Of a stretch of 64,000 nucleotides of DNA, positions 49,086 to 61,576 are shown in pieces. The notes under the pieces are model-generated. The model was not told the DNA's origin. It was given only the letters and a program-made list of their open reading frames with translations, and did no database searches. The stretch lies in contig JAUFOQ010000003.1 of assembly GCA_040285855.1 (NCBI GenBank), positions 930,001-994,000 on the forward strand, written 5' to 3'. Source of the DNA: Eukaryota sp. GEM-RC1 (Eukaryota). The position numbers were made by a program, and so were the translations under genes. The stretch's first letter is position 1. Each line of letters begins with the position of its first letter.

Positions 49086-49733
49086 ATGGACCAAGTTATT
49101 CTCAGAGTAAGACGAAAACGCACTTCACCTGCTCTCTCAGCCATTGTAGCTGAACCTCCCATAAAGAGGTCTCACAACTCTGATGAACCTCCTTTTACAA
49201 AATCTGTCTTCCACAGAGTCTACTCTGGTCCTGTTACTGAGAACTATAGAAAACTCACAGAAGTTGCCAAGAAGAGAGATGAACCTATGCCATGCTCTTC
49301 AACCAACACTTCTCTTACCCCAGCTCCATCTTCGTCTACTCGACTGAAACAGACGTCTTCTTCATCTTCCCCTTTGTTCATTCCTGGTGCTGGGTTCATT
49401 GTTGACGCCGAATTCCACTGCTCTGAAGATGACATAACATTTGACTACGAATACGATTATTACCTCGCCAACCCAAACCTCCCTCTTAATTCTGCTTCTG
49501 TCGGTTATGTCCAGATTGAACCTTTTTCATTTGGTGACGCTGAGTACTCTGACCATGACTCAGAAGATTCTAATGCCGAAGACTACTTTGGGAATGATTA
49601 TCCTGACGAAGATGTTGGGTTTGGAATGCCGGATTATAATGATCGTTTGGGTTTTGATGATGGTGATAGTTCAAGCGTTTCTACTGTAGTAAGCAGTGAT
49701 GAGATCGACTTCGACAAGGATTGGTTTGATTGA
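49086..49733 (+). CDS. IWR1/SLC7A6OS-like RNA polymerase II import factor
   Basis: N-terminal ILRVRRKR, YDYY and the signature DSEDSNAEDYFGNDYPDED. Confidence 0.8.
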   Translation: MDQVILRVRRKRTSPALSAIVAEPPIKRSHNSDEPPFTKSVFHRVYSGPVTENYRKLTEVAKKRDEPMPCSSTNTSLTPAPSSSTRLKQTSSSSSPLFIPGAGFIVDAEFHCSEDDITFDYEYDYYLANPNLPLNSASVGYVQIEPFSFGDAEYSDHDSEDSNAEDYFGNDYPDEDVGFGMPDYNDRLGFDDGDSSSVSTVVSSDEIDFDKDWFD

Positions 49734-50399
49734 GGATTGATTAGCCAGAATTTAAAAGTTTAGTTTTGGATTGGGACATTGTTGGTTTTTTGTTTGGGTT
49801 TGTTACGAAGGAAATTTGTTTGAATTTATTAGAAATTGTAGTTTTGTTGTTGTACCGTTGTGCTTGTTTGAATTTGTTGTTTACAGTGTATGGTTTTGTT
49901 TAATACTTGTCAATTTTTAAACACCTATTGATTATTAAAATATTCAAATACATTATTAAATTTACTAACAGATGTCATCATAATTTATCACATGATTCTA
50001 AATCTCTACTCTTTAACCACGGTACAACTTGTTCAACAACCATGATTCAATTATCTACAATCATCTATAAAGGAGGTGAAACAACTATCACTATCTTTAC
50101 AATGTATATAATCGATACAAGATCTTCAGAAATCGTCTATAACACTTTGATTTACTACTGTTAGAACAATTAAGTATTTATGACAAAAATTTCAAAATGG
50201 ACAATGTTTTTGCGGTACAGTTGACCAGGAATTTTCTGTGTCTAGTGTCTCAAAGCATATATTATGATATGTATTTTTGTGTCCTTCATCGTTTTACAAT
50301 TCAGTGTTCTTTTTCTTCATATATCGATATATATTGTATATAAATATAATAGACTAAACAACTAAAACTTTCAATCAGTAAAACAACACCCGTCACTAT

Positions 50400-50960
50400 A
50401 AAATCTTACAACAGCTTTCTCCTCATAAGGAACTCACTGCTAATTAAGCTTTGGAGATGATGAGGGGAATTGTTTTAAAAACCGACTACACAATAGCATT
50501 CAACCATAACATATGATCAAAACGCTTGTCCATCTTATGTTTTACGAATCTGCCGAAATCGCTTGAAAAACTCAATGAAAAACTTTTTCCTAAGCGGTCA
50601 TAGATTAAAACATAAAAACGGCATAATTCGTATTCAACATGTTTTACATGTTTTAAAGACATCAATGGTTTTTTGTACTTATCCTGATTGGCTTGTTCAG
50701 AAATGTCTAAAGGGGAAGTTTCAGAGTAAGCATTCTTTAAAGATGTTTTTTTACAAACATCCACTGACACTACATCGACAACAAACAATTTGTCTGAAGA
50801 AGAAGGGACAATAACATCTGCTCTACGTTTACCCAAAAATTGTTTCTGTCTTTCTTCATAAGAATTAATTGGTTTTAAAGATCTTAGAAGTGGTTCAACA
50901 AATGATTCAAATTTATATGACTTACACATAGTATGGATTTGGTCTCTTAAAGTGTTTTGA
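50400..50960 (-). mobile_element. 3' fragment of an RLE-type non-LTR retrotransposon
   Basis: MCKSYKFESFVEP..RRADVIVP..VVDVVSVDVC..DKY; same architecture as the 8 kb fragment. Confidence 0.75.
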
Positions 50961-51360
50961 ACAAAATATATTAGTTTATTTGCAATATTATATTATTACA
51001 TACTGTTCTAATTCAAAAATGAAGTAAGTTAAATTCTCCATATCCACATGAGAATTTTCCCTATACATGTATGTTAGTACTTAATTGATAAAAAATGCTC
51101 TACATCTACTCTTGAACAACGATACAATTTGTCCAGTATACGATTCAAATACTGTCGATAACTTCTATTTAACGAAACTACAAATAGAGAATACATTAAA
51201 TAAGTTGTTGTCATATACAACAAAGATATCATACTTTTTAAAACAGTAAATTACACTCTGTTTACTTGTTAGTAACATTATGATCATTGTGATTACACCT
51301 ATACAGACACATCAAACAAAAACCTTCCCTTTATAGACAATATACATCTAAACTCTTTCA

Positions 51361-53208
51361 TCAATCTGTCATAATCCCACCTCCAAAAGGATACTCACCA
51401 TACTCAGGCCCCCATCTAAAGTCCTTCTTAGGATCAGTACCTTCAACAATCAACAAAGAATGCTCCAACACCTCCATTGCCTTGTTATTCATAAAGGGAG
51501 GTCTGGGAGCAAGTACTAGGTTTGATACCCCCGCACTGACCATTGCAAGTACTGCTGATAGGCATTGCTCTGAATGGTATAGACATAATGTCTTAATGAT
51601 AGAACTGTCGCTTATATCAGTTCCAAGAGACTTCGCAATTGAGGCAAGCGCACGAATACTAGAATCAATCGAGCTGTAATCACCACCATCAATGATCTTT
51701 GGCAACTTTCCTATAAAACGATCTCTAAACATCGTCAACAATGGCAATCTAACCGGGCCTAATGCTAATACGTACCAAGAAGACGGCAACGAGTCTATTA
51801 ACAAAGACAGATACTCACTTTCAGGTCCTGAAGAAGCAGCTTCACCAAAAACAAACAGAATATGAGAATCTGTATTAACAATGGTATTGATGAGTTCTGG
51901 TAGAATTCCACTTATAGAGATAACAGAAACCAATGACGAAACACGAGGCTTCAACAAGTTAGTTTCAGTCCTCACGGTAGGGGATGGGCTCATATGAGGG
52001 GTATAGTGTTTAGCAGCAAGCACCATTGGTTCCAGATCGATGAACCCTGTTGACGTCAGCAGGGGTCGATTAGCTCCTGGACAACTCGTCTCGTTGACAC
52101 AGTAGAGTGGAGGGTGTTCAATGAGAGGAAGGTTAGGTGGGGTGGGAGAAGAGGTGGTGACGACGACTCCACATACTGTAGTTAAGAGAGGAAGTACACG
52201 TGAATCACCCAGGTTAGCAAGTAAATGGCCCTTGAGAGCAGCGTATTGTCTAAAGTAACGATGACGATGTACTGACAGCAACTCCCCTGCAGTCACAACA
52301 TCAAGGTCGTTCTGATCAGCAAGTTTTAACACAGTATGAAGATCAGAGAAGTCATTCCCTCCAACCACAATAGTGTTTCTCCTGAGTACTACAGTTGGAT
52401 CAATCAGGGGAACGTGGAAAACTACCTGGTCTTTGTGGGTAACTGCATCAATAGCTGTGGAACCAAACCGACGATCAATTGTTTCTTCAAGACTAGCAAA
52501 TGCTCTTCGAAGTGCAGCACTTGTTTGATGTAACAAACGGATCATGTGAGATTCCTTCTCAGTAGCTAAGGCTTGAGGTAAGTCACTGAGGACACGTAGG
52601 TTAGCGTGGATGCTGTGAGTGGCGGCTGAAGAGTTACCAAGACGCATTAATCTTAGGGCTGTTGAAGCAAGGTAACGGTTAGAGAACAAGAGAAGATCGT
52701 AGAGAGGACCAATGGCTCCTTTGTTCATCACGTAGGTTGCTGGTTTAACAGATTTTCCAGTAGCCACAGCAGTTGTCATTGAGGAGACGTCTGGATCCCA
52801 ATTCATGTTAATGTATTGAGTGTTGGCGGAGAAAGGAATTCCTCTGGTATAGTGAGCATTTTTAACAGAATCGAACACGGTTTTGAGAGCAGCAAGATGA
52901 TCGAAGGCAAAGGAAGGATCAAAGGAGGCATCGGTGAGTTGAATGGCTTGACAGTTGAGAAAGGGTATGGCAAAACTATCAGAGATGAATGAATCTTCCC
53001 TTAAGAATTGGATGAGAAGAACAGATGTTGAAAGAATACCAACTTCTAGTGAATCAAAGAGTGCTTGTAGGTTGGAATCTTTACCACAAGTGCCAATGGA
53101 ATCGCAGCAAGCTCTACCAACCTGTAGTTGACGGGCGCGACTACATTGATGGCAGAACATTTGAAGATTAGGATTCTCACGATATAACACTTCAATATCG
53201 GTGCTCAT
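51361..53208 (-). CDS. Divergent hybrid cluster protein (HCP/prismane) homologue
   Basis: MFCHQC..CCDSIGTCGK N-terminal Fe-S motif; colinear degenerate motifs IVVGGND, VVTAGELL, LPKIIDGG and HSEQ..AVLAMVSAGVSNLVLAP. Confidence 0.8.
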   Translation of the reverse strand: MSTDIEVLYRENPNLQMFCHQCSRARQLQVGRACCDSIGTCGKDSNLQALFDSLEVGILSTSVLLIQFLREDSFISDSFAIPFLNCQAIQLTDASFDPSFAFDHLAALKTVFDSVKNAHYTRGIPFSANTQYINMNWDPDVSSMTTAVATGKSVKPATYVMNKGAIGPLYDLLLFSNRYLASTALRLMRLGNSSAATHSIHANLRVLSDLPQALATEKESHMIRLLHQTSAALRRAFASLEETIDRRFGSTAIDAVTHKDQVVFHVPLIDPTVVLRRNTIVVGGNDFSDLHTVLKLADQNDLDVVTAGELLSVHRHRYFRQYAALKGHLLANLGDSRVLPLLTTVCGVVVTTSSPTPPNLPLIEHPPLYCVNETSCPGANRPLLTSTGFIDLEPMVLAAKHYTPHMSPSPTVRTETNLLKPRVSSLVSVISISGILPELINTIVNTDSHILFVFGEAASSGPESEYLSLLIDSLPSSWYVLALGPVRLPLLTMFRDRFIGKLPKIIDGGDYSSIDSSIRALASIAKSLGTDISDSSIIKTLCLYHSEQCLSAVLAMVSAGVSNLVLAPRPPFMNNKAMEVLEHSLLIVEGTDPKKDFRWGPEYGEYPFGGGIMTD

Positions 53209-55029
53209 TGGTAGTGATGATGCGAATGAGAGAGATGTCTGTTAATGAACTCGAATCTCAAGCAGATATCTTCTAAAAATGTCGGAACAACATGATTGAT
53301 GTGTCAAAAGTATAGTATAGAGTGGTATTTGTTTAGTGTTAGGACAAAACGATCTACTGCTAGAGATAGAAGTGTTTCCAAATTCGATGTTCTTATCAAA
53401 ATTTGCAAATCATGAGTTAAAATACAGAACCGTGAAGACTACAACTCTCCACATGATTCTGAAAACATTCCTGTAATTTGGGGATTAGGTTATACAACGG
53501 GAGAATATTAAATTACTGGTGCCACCTGTTCCGATATGTTCAATTAAAGTGCACCACAGTCTAACAGTTGTACCGGTACTACATGTAGTAATACTATCAC
53601 TGAAGGAGTGTTCACAGTGAATATCAATTGTTGAAATAATTTCAGTGATTGAACTTATCAGTCCTTCCGGGAGGTTGTTGAGAAATATATTTTTATGCTG
53701 ATAAGAAAGTAGCAACATTATTGACGGCTCTTAAACAGGTGAAACCACGCAGTGATGTTCTCTTCATTTTTGTGGCTACTAAATGGAGGTTGGACTAACT
53801 GTGAACTTAATATCAGATGTCTCTCGTCGATCGAAGCCGATATAGCAACTACTTTGTGTAGTGCTGTTATAGAAAAGCTTTTCTATAATTCTAATTTTCA
53901 GATGAAACCTATGAGAATCAAAAAATTAAACAAGAATTTATGCATATTTGATGAACTACTGAGATACACTACTAAATAATGTGATAACGATGGTTTTTCT
54001 GTAATAGAGAGTTCTGATTAGCTAAACGGAATTTCTGCCTTTTTGTTTTGGTTTTGGCACTGAAAATCATAATTAAAGCGCATTATCCGAGATTGTCAGT
54101 GTGTCGTCGGAGGTGGCTGTATTTATCGTTGAGATACCTTTTGTCTGTCTTGATATTCCAGCAAGAATCGGAAATTGATGTATGAAAAAAGTCGAATCTG
54201 TTAAAATTGTCGACTTGAAAACCTATTTGAACTCTCAATCTACTGTACTTACGCCCAAAAAGTCCATCTTCAAGAACTCTTTTGCCACATCTGCTTCATC
54301 TCTTTGAAACTTTCTACAGTAGTTTCCCTTTTGTTGGTATTCCCTTGTCTTCAAATGCATTCTGTTCTAATATACACCCCAGTCGATCAATCACAATTGG
54401 TGCTTACTTGGATCTTTGACTGGACTACAATCCAATCAAACTGGATTTGGAAGCTTACTTATATGTGTTACAGTGTTAAGACTTATGTAAATTATACTTA
54501 GTCCTACTTTTTCACATTATTTATCTTCTGTTTCATAAACTAGAGTACCATCTCTAATTGGAACAAAAGGCATCATATGTGAAAGATAGATTTGAATTTC
54601 ATTTGGGACAAAATCACATATTCCTGAGCAGAGGTCTTATACTTACAGTGCATCAAGCTAATTGCTGTAGCACTGTTAAAAATCCCTGAAGGTTCTCACA
54701 CAGATAATAGTAAACAAGAATATCAACTTCGAACAGTGTATTATGCGCTCAGAGTGGAACGCTAAGTGACTGCTAAAATTGAAGTGGAACCACTTAGACT
54801 GGATGGATCGCAATCCCAAGATAGTGACAATACTCAACAAGGACTGATTTGTTTAACATATCCGCTCATTAGCAACTGTCATGCAACACTTTCTACATAT
54901 GAATCTTTAATTGCTACTTTGATTTCCAGTACTGAATGTAGACATAGATGAGGGTCAATCAAAGAACGATTTGCAGGAATTAGAACATAAAATTCTACAT
55001 GTTTTGTGTAGTAAACAAATCATTATTGA

Positions 55030-57902
55030 AAGGGGTGTACAAAAGCTCCACTCAAGTTTAGACTCGTGCTAAATCTAGACTCAGACTCAGGCTCAGACTC
55101 ACAATCCTTAAGTCCGACTCAGACTCAGAATCACAACCCCCAATTAATGCCATCTTCAAGTCCTCAGAAGTCCAAACACTTTAGAGATGATCATTTTACT
55201 GTAATGGTATTCGATAACACCGACCAAAGATTTTGTAATCACTATCAAAGCAGCTTCTCTTTATCAACTAGTTCTTCGATTCCATCCAAACATCTTGCAT
55301 ACCTCCACAACATCTATGTGGGTGATCGTATTCCTCCTTCTCTTGAAACTCAGTCGATCTTGCCATTTGCGTCCCATCATTCACCTATTCAGCAAAAACT
55401 AACTAAAGCCCTACAGTCCTTCTTCGTGTACTTATTAATGAATACATCATGAATACAGGTTGTACATCATTGATGGATGTCATCCGTTTTCAGAAGTGGA
55501 ACGTCCTTCGTTCAGAAACATAACATAATTAATTGGTTGTGTTTCCACTATGAAGAAATTGGCCGAAACACTGTTCAACGAGATATAGTTTTGCTATATA
55601 AGGAAAAACAACAAAGTATTGGAAATGAACTAGAACTTATGACTGAAAACTCTTTAGTAAGCCTGCATTGATAGAATTCTTGCGATTTTTCGACCAATTA
55701 ATGAGTTGAGTGTTGAAGCCTCTGGAATTAAAGCTAGCTTGTCGGAATGTATGTTCTTATACATCGGTTTAGGAAGGGAACTAAATGAAGCCCGGTCCAC
55801 TGAGATCCAGCCAATTATTGTAAGTGCAATAGACATGATGATAGCAAAACACGACAAATATTTTCCAATTTAGATTGACTCTAAGTCATTTGTCGCACTA
55901 ACTCTAGATCCAAGATTAAAGCAAACGCCTGGTATGATTCATGAACCCCTTTTCACTCAACCAAATCAAGCGTACCTACAGGCAATGTTTGATACTTATA
56001 CAAGCAAAGAGAAAAGCACACCCAAGACTGTTTCAAAGCCAGAGGTCTACCGTTACGTCCGTAGGTTTAACTTTGTTCAATTGATTATTGGAAAAGCTTA
56101 AAGTAATTTGCGATCCTGTAGAAGGACGTGAATCTGGATTTATTTCTGACATAGCATCAAAAGTGTTGGATAAGTTTACGGATTATATCAGTGGACGTCG
56201 ATGTGACAGAAGTGTGTTCGATTTTGCAGAATGTGTCGGTCTTGTGTTAGATCCTAGATTCAAAAACAATCAAAACTTCCTACCAGGTTGTTACATTGAA
56301 AATGAACAGATACTGAAGAATTCAATGAGGGAGCTTATTGAGTCCAAAGTCGGAAGTCTTGCAGTAAGTACAGAAGAATCGCAGAACAACCCTCAAGGAA
56401 AATCACTAATGAAAGAGCTTACAAGAAAAAATGTATGTGTTCGTAACGAAGAACAATCAACTGAGTTAGATGAACTTGATATCTATCTCAGTGATGGACT
56501 TACTGAAATGAACCAAGATCCTTTGATGTGGTGGAAACTTAATGAATCAAAGTTCCCTACTGTTAGGTCAATAATGACGTGTAATTATGACCTATGCCTT
56601 TTTATAGAATTGTACTTTAATAAACCTATCTTCACCATCGTTTTACGCGTAGAAGCGACAGTGATCACTGACGCTATTAGTCACTGAACCATGGACCGCC
56701 CTAGAACCACCCCCATCCTCAAAGGACTTACCTCAGACCAAGTACAACAATATCTTGATGACTTCAAGATCGCCCAGAAGAACGATGACTCTCTCTCCCT
56801 GAGAGATGGAATCCCAGACACCATCTTGGAAGGCATTTACCTTCTAAAGCCTCTGGCCGACCCTGACTCTGAAGAAGACCCACACGAGGGATTTGTCTCT
56901 GCCGAAGAAGAGCTGAAGGGTTTCTTCGAGAGCCGTCAAGCGATACCCAGTTTCCGTTCCCTTGTCTCATCTCTAGCAAACTTAAGACCTGATTTCAAAG
57001 AAAGAGATACGGAGGCAAGATACCTCGCGTTCGCCGCAAAGTTTCAGAGATTGAGGAAGAGAGCCAGTCACCTCAACCTTGACCTCCCATGGTGGATGAA
57101 TCAATTTGCCGAGAAGGTTCGTCCCACCAGGATTGCCGAAGACTTCGTAGAACGCATTAAAGCCGGTTCCATCCCCTCGATGACTATTCTGCTACAAGAA
57201 GTCATTGATGAATGCAGCGCTTTTGAACGACTTGATGGGTACCGCACGCCCAACAAACCTTCGTCCCGCAACCACCATAGCACCCAGTCCCTCACGACCA
57301 GTGGAACTCCCAAAGCCCTCACCAAACTCACGGATAAAGAAAGAACCGAGCTCTCTCGATCTGGTTCCTGCTTTAGATGTAGACAGAAGGGTCACGTGGC
57401 TGCGATGTGCCCTCTCGCTGTGAAAAAAAGAAATAAACGCTATTAACTATGAAAGCCCCCAATCCCTCCTATCCTAATCCCTGTACTCATAAAGGAAGAA
57501 GAAATTCAAGCCTTTGTGGACCCCGGATCAGACTGCAGCCTCATCCACTCAGACTTAGTGAAGAGACTACAACTCCCCCTTTTTTCCACCAAAGTACAAC
57601 TACTTTTGCAAGAACATCTCGAATTGCACTATCAGTTCAAGCCTCTAATGTAGCTTCTGAGTCTCTTTTTTCACAAGCTGGAAGAGTTGTGACTCCTGAC
57701 AGATCACGTCTAACAGATTTAAATGTTGAAGCATGCGTCTGTCTTAAACGCTGGACAGTGGAATAATAATGGTTGATAATGTACTTAATAAAGATTGTTT
57801 ATGATGTGAAACTCAAGCTCAGACTCAGACTCAGATATTATGAGTGGGACTCAGACTCAGACTTATAATAGCTGGGTACGACTCGAGTCTTGTACACCCC
57901 TA
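55030..57902 (+). mobile_element. Defective hAT transposon with a nested retroelement fragment
   Basis: TIR (A/T)AGGGGTGTACAA; 8-bp TSD ATTATTGA (55022-55029, 57903-57910); GACTCA subterminal repeats; transposase pieces VLDPRFK, DPLMWWK and SVQASNVASESLFSQAG. Confidence 0.92.
56561..57598 (+). mobile_element. Truncated LTR retrotransposon (gypsy-like) 5' part: putative short LTR, gag, start of protease
   Basis: Begins TG; gag ORF 56691-57446 with LTKLTDKERTELSRSGSCFRCRQKGHVAAMC; downstream IQAFVDPGSDCSLI aspartic-protease-like motif. Confidence 0.8.
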
Positions 57903-58382
57903 ATTATTGATGGTGGTTGTGGAGCAACATTTATAGAATTGTTTCCTATTTGTTTAAATTGTTTAACTCTACCATTAATGAGATGTATGATTAATGGAAC
58001 AATGATGAAACTTACTTTCACCATTTGAAGAATTAACAAAATATTAAACACAAAAAACATCTTAACAAGAACTCCAGAGTAGAAGAACAAATTTGAAAAG
58101 AAACGGTGACTTTCAAAATATTTCGAGATCCTTCTGAGATACTCTTGGTCGATCAGTAAATGCAAAAGGGTTCGATGTCATGAGTGAGTGTCGCAAACAG
58201 AGTACCTGGAAGAAATCTCGTGTTTTAAGTACAAGACCTTACAGAAAAGTATAATAAGGCAACGGTTCTGAGACTGGATGTCTTTAGAATCGTAACGTTG
58301 ATAATGTGCGCAACCGGTGAAGAAGTTCTTAGTTGACCGAACAATGAACATAATTTTCAAACCAAATCCCCAGCCTCAGCAG

Positions 58383-59764
58383 ATGTCTGACAACATTACG
58401 CATCTGTATCCTAATAAAAAACTGGCAATCTGCCGTACTTGTTTAAAGTCTGGCGGTTGGAACACAACTGGATTCACTCTCTCTGGCCAAATCCTTCTTT
58501 CCTTCAACCCACAAGGAGTAGGTTCTGTCAATGATCCATCAACAGGATCTCCTCTCCTCACCGTTTCCAAAAAGGTGTTCTCATATCACGTCCCTCGTCG
58601 TCCTCTTCTCAAAAACCCACAGACTCTTCTTCTTCTACCCTTAAAGAACAAATATCCTCTTGTTTCTCGTCAAATTCCTCCTCAAGTACTGTTCTCCATG
58701 AGTGGTCCTGGTTCTCTGAATCTAATCGCCTTCTACTCACGATTTCTGACCATTTCTCGATAGAAATCACTAGTGAATTCTCCATTGTATTAACTTTCTC
58801 ATCTGATTCTTCCATATCATATAACCTTGCTCGAGTTGATACTCTTAGTGGAGGAACTTATCTGAAGAAAGTTGTTGGAAGAGATTTGTGTACGGGTAGG
58901 TTGTTGTTTGAAAAGGGAAAATTAAATTCTCCTGATTTAATTCCAAATATTGTACCTTCAAAAAGTAGACCTGTTTCCAATTCAGATTTTAAGGCTGTAG
59001 TCGATGATTGTGATTCATTTATGCAAAATTTAAATAATCCCAACAAAACTACTCCTAAATCTGACCATCGACAAAAACTCAAAGATAAAATAAGTGAGAA
59101 TATATCAAATCTAGAGAAATCACTGGATCTTGATACTTTCTCATTATACCAATCACGTAAAGAGCTCAGAAAGCAATCAAAACTCTTAAAGCAACCTCCA
59201 ACTTCTACCAATATTTCCAATCCACTGCTTGTTCCCTTTGTCCCTGTTAAACCTGGTCGATCTAAGGTTGACTCTCTTCATTGGAATAAGTTTGAGGAAT
59301 TGGTTAGGACTACTGGTATGCTGTTCATCACAGTATTGATTGATAGTGTGGATGAAAAGGAATCGCGGAAGGCGAAGGTAGTTATGGAGCAAACACGTTT
59401 TGAATTGGAAAATTTTGAAAAATCCCGAAATCGTGATCGGCTGGAAAGTTTGAAAGAGTTTGAAATATATAACTTTGTCTTGCAAAATGACAATTATTAC
59501 TCTATAATTGAAAAGTTTGGAATTATTGATTTTCCTGCATATCTATGTTTTCACTCTGGTAACCTTGTTTACGGTCAATATTCTTTGATTGGAAACGTGA
59601 ATCACGTATCCGCCTTGCTGGCAACTTTAAGTGAGTGCAAGAGTTTGATTGATCAGGGAGTCTATTTAGACAGTAATTACAAGTTTCCTCCAAGTATTGA
59701 GAAACTGACACGTGTCAAGGATGAGTTATCAAATTTATCAAAGAGTTTTGCACAAAAATTGTAA
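58383..59764 (+). CDS. Hypothetical protein, FAM194-like N-terminus and thioredoxin-like C-terminus (frameshifted)
   Basis: LYPNKKLAIC..ILLSFNPQGVGSV resembles FAM194; IIEKFGIIDFPAYLCFHSGNLVY resembles a Trx fold. Joining of the two ORFs is inferred. Confidence 0.45.
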
Positions 59765-60022
59765 ATTTTTATTTGAAGGCATCTGTACTATAGTTAATTT
59801 CGGATATTTCAATATTTGGAAATATTTGATGCGTTCCTTCCTTGAGACGTGAAAAAACAATCAAAAGAATCTTTTGGAACGATTTCAAATTAGTTATTTA
59901 ATTTTTTGAAAATTAATTATTCTTTCCAAACATAAATCAAATATCTACACAATTCAAATTAACTCGTCTTTTAAATTAGAAAAGCAGTAAAACGATTGCT
60001 TGGAAACAATTACCAAAATGAA

Positions 60023-61498
60023 TCAAACTTTGAAATGTTTCGGCAGTAATTCAGCTAAGTCATCACGAGTTCTACTGCCATTTTCTAACTGCAATCCAAT
60101 ACAAACCTCAACAGCTTCTCCAATCAAAGGGCCAAATTGAATATTTAAAATATCCTTGATTTCAATCCCAGTTAATTTGCATTTCTCCAACCAAACACCA
60201 TCCAAATTATACTTGTCTACAAGTTGAGCAAACCCTTCAAAAACAAGCACATTTTCCAGTACTCTACTACTTAGTTCCTCTCCTATAACTACCTCCATCC
60301 CACACACACTATGAGCTGCAGCTAGAGCAAGTGACAGCCTCCAAGTCTCCCCCTGCTCGCCTAAGAATCATTCCAAGGTCTTTTCGAGAGGGAAGTGAAG
60401 TGCTATTGGAGAGGGAAATGAAATCGTTACAAGCTGAACAAATTCGAAAAACAGTTTCGGATACACTTTTGCCCATTTTAAAGCTTCTAGACACAGATAT
60501 ACCGTTAGAGGAATTTGCTTTTTCTTGATGAACGCAACTTCGTCAGTTATGTTTAATAAAAGTCCTGCAGTAAATATATACTTTCGATTGAGCTTTGTCA
60601 TAGGAATTTGAAATTTTGTCATAAATTGTGTCAAGAGCCAACAACGCTTCAAAACCAGACCTTGTTGATTATCCTCAAAATGTTTCCGATAAATATGTTT
60701 AAACTCTTTGGTAAAGAATACAACACCAAGTAAATTAAGTTCAAAAAACAAGTTAATTGCAGTAAAGACCTGATCACTTTCAAACATCTCCAATGTTTCC
60801 GTACCAATTCTTTCCCTAGAAACCACATCAGAAAGAGACAAATGCACTTGCTCATTCCTACACCCTTCCCTTAAGGAATCATCCAACTTAAACCTTAAAC
60901 GAGCAGCAAATCTAATGGCACGCAGAATACGGAGAGGATCGTCTGTTAGAGTAGTATAGACATCAAGGGGTGTGGAAACTATCCCACGAGATATATCTGT
61001 GAATGATCTACCAGTAAAGTCCTCAACATGGTCAGTATGGATGTTGTAGAATAGACAATTGATGGTGAAATCTCTTCTGAGAGCATCATCTTCTGGAGTC
61101 CCCATTACAATTTGAGGGATTCTGCTCCCAGCAGTGTAAGTCTCCGATCTAAGGTTGCAGAGATCTATCCAACAGTCATTGATTCTGATACGAGCTGTTT
61201 CAAGATGTTTGGATTTTTCAGGGTTTTGTTCAATGACAGCGATTCTGCAGCCTTCTTTACCTTGAAGAGCAAGGAAATCGTTGATTTTGTGAGCGAATTC
61301 AACTCCTTTCATATCTGACAAAGTGAGATCGATGTCAAACTTAGTAGGGCGGTTCAACACCTTGTCACGAACCCAACCTCCTGCAACACGAACAACAGTA
61401 TGAAGGCGGAAGTGACGTACGACGTCTGAGAAAAGAGAGAAAAGAGTAGACTCTAGATCGTTTAAGGGAAACTGGCGAGGAATAGTCAATAGCACCAT
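60023..61498 (-). CDS. CCA1: Class II CCA tRNA nucleotidyltransferase (frameshifts near 60480 and 60310)
   Basis: RVAGGWVRD, DIDL, KSKHLETA, DLCNLRSETY, DALRRDFTIN and DDPLRILRAIRFAAR. Confidence 0.93.
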
Positions 61499-61576
61499 GA
61501 GCTGAGATTAAGAATGTGGAATTTTGATTTCGATTCTTTTGTTGTTTTGTGCTGTCCAAGCTAAAATGACATTTAG

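Noticed and set aside
53290..54500. Possible decayed Ig/IPT-repeat surface protein gene on the minus strand
   Set aside because: Only short interrupted fragments; not supportable by eye.
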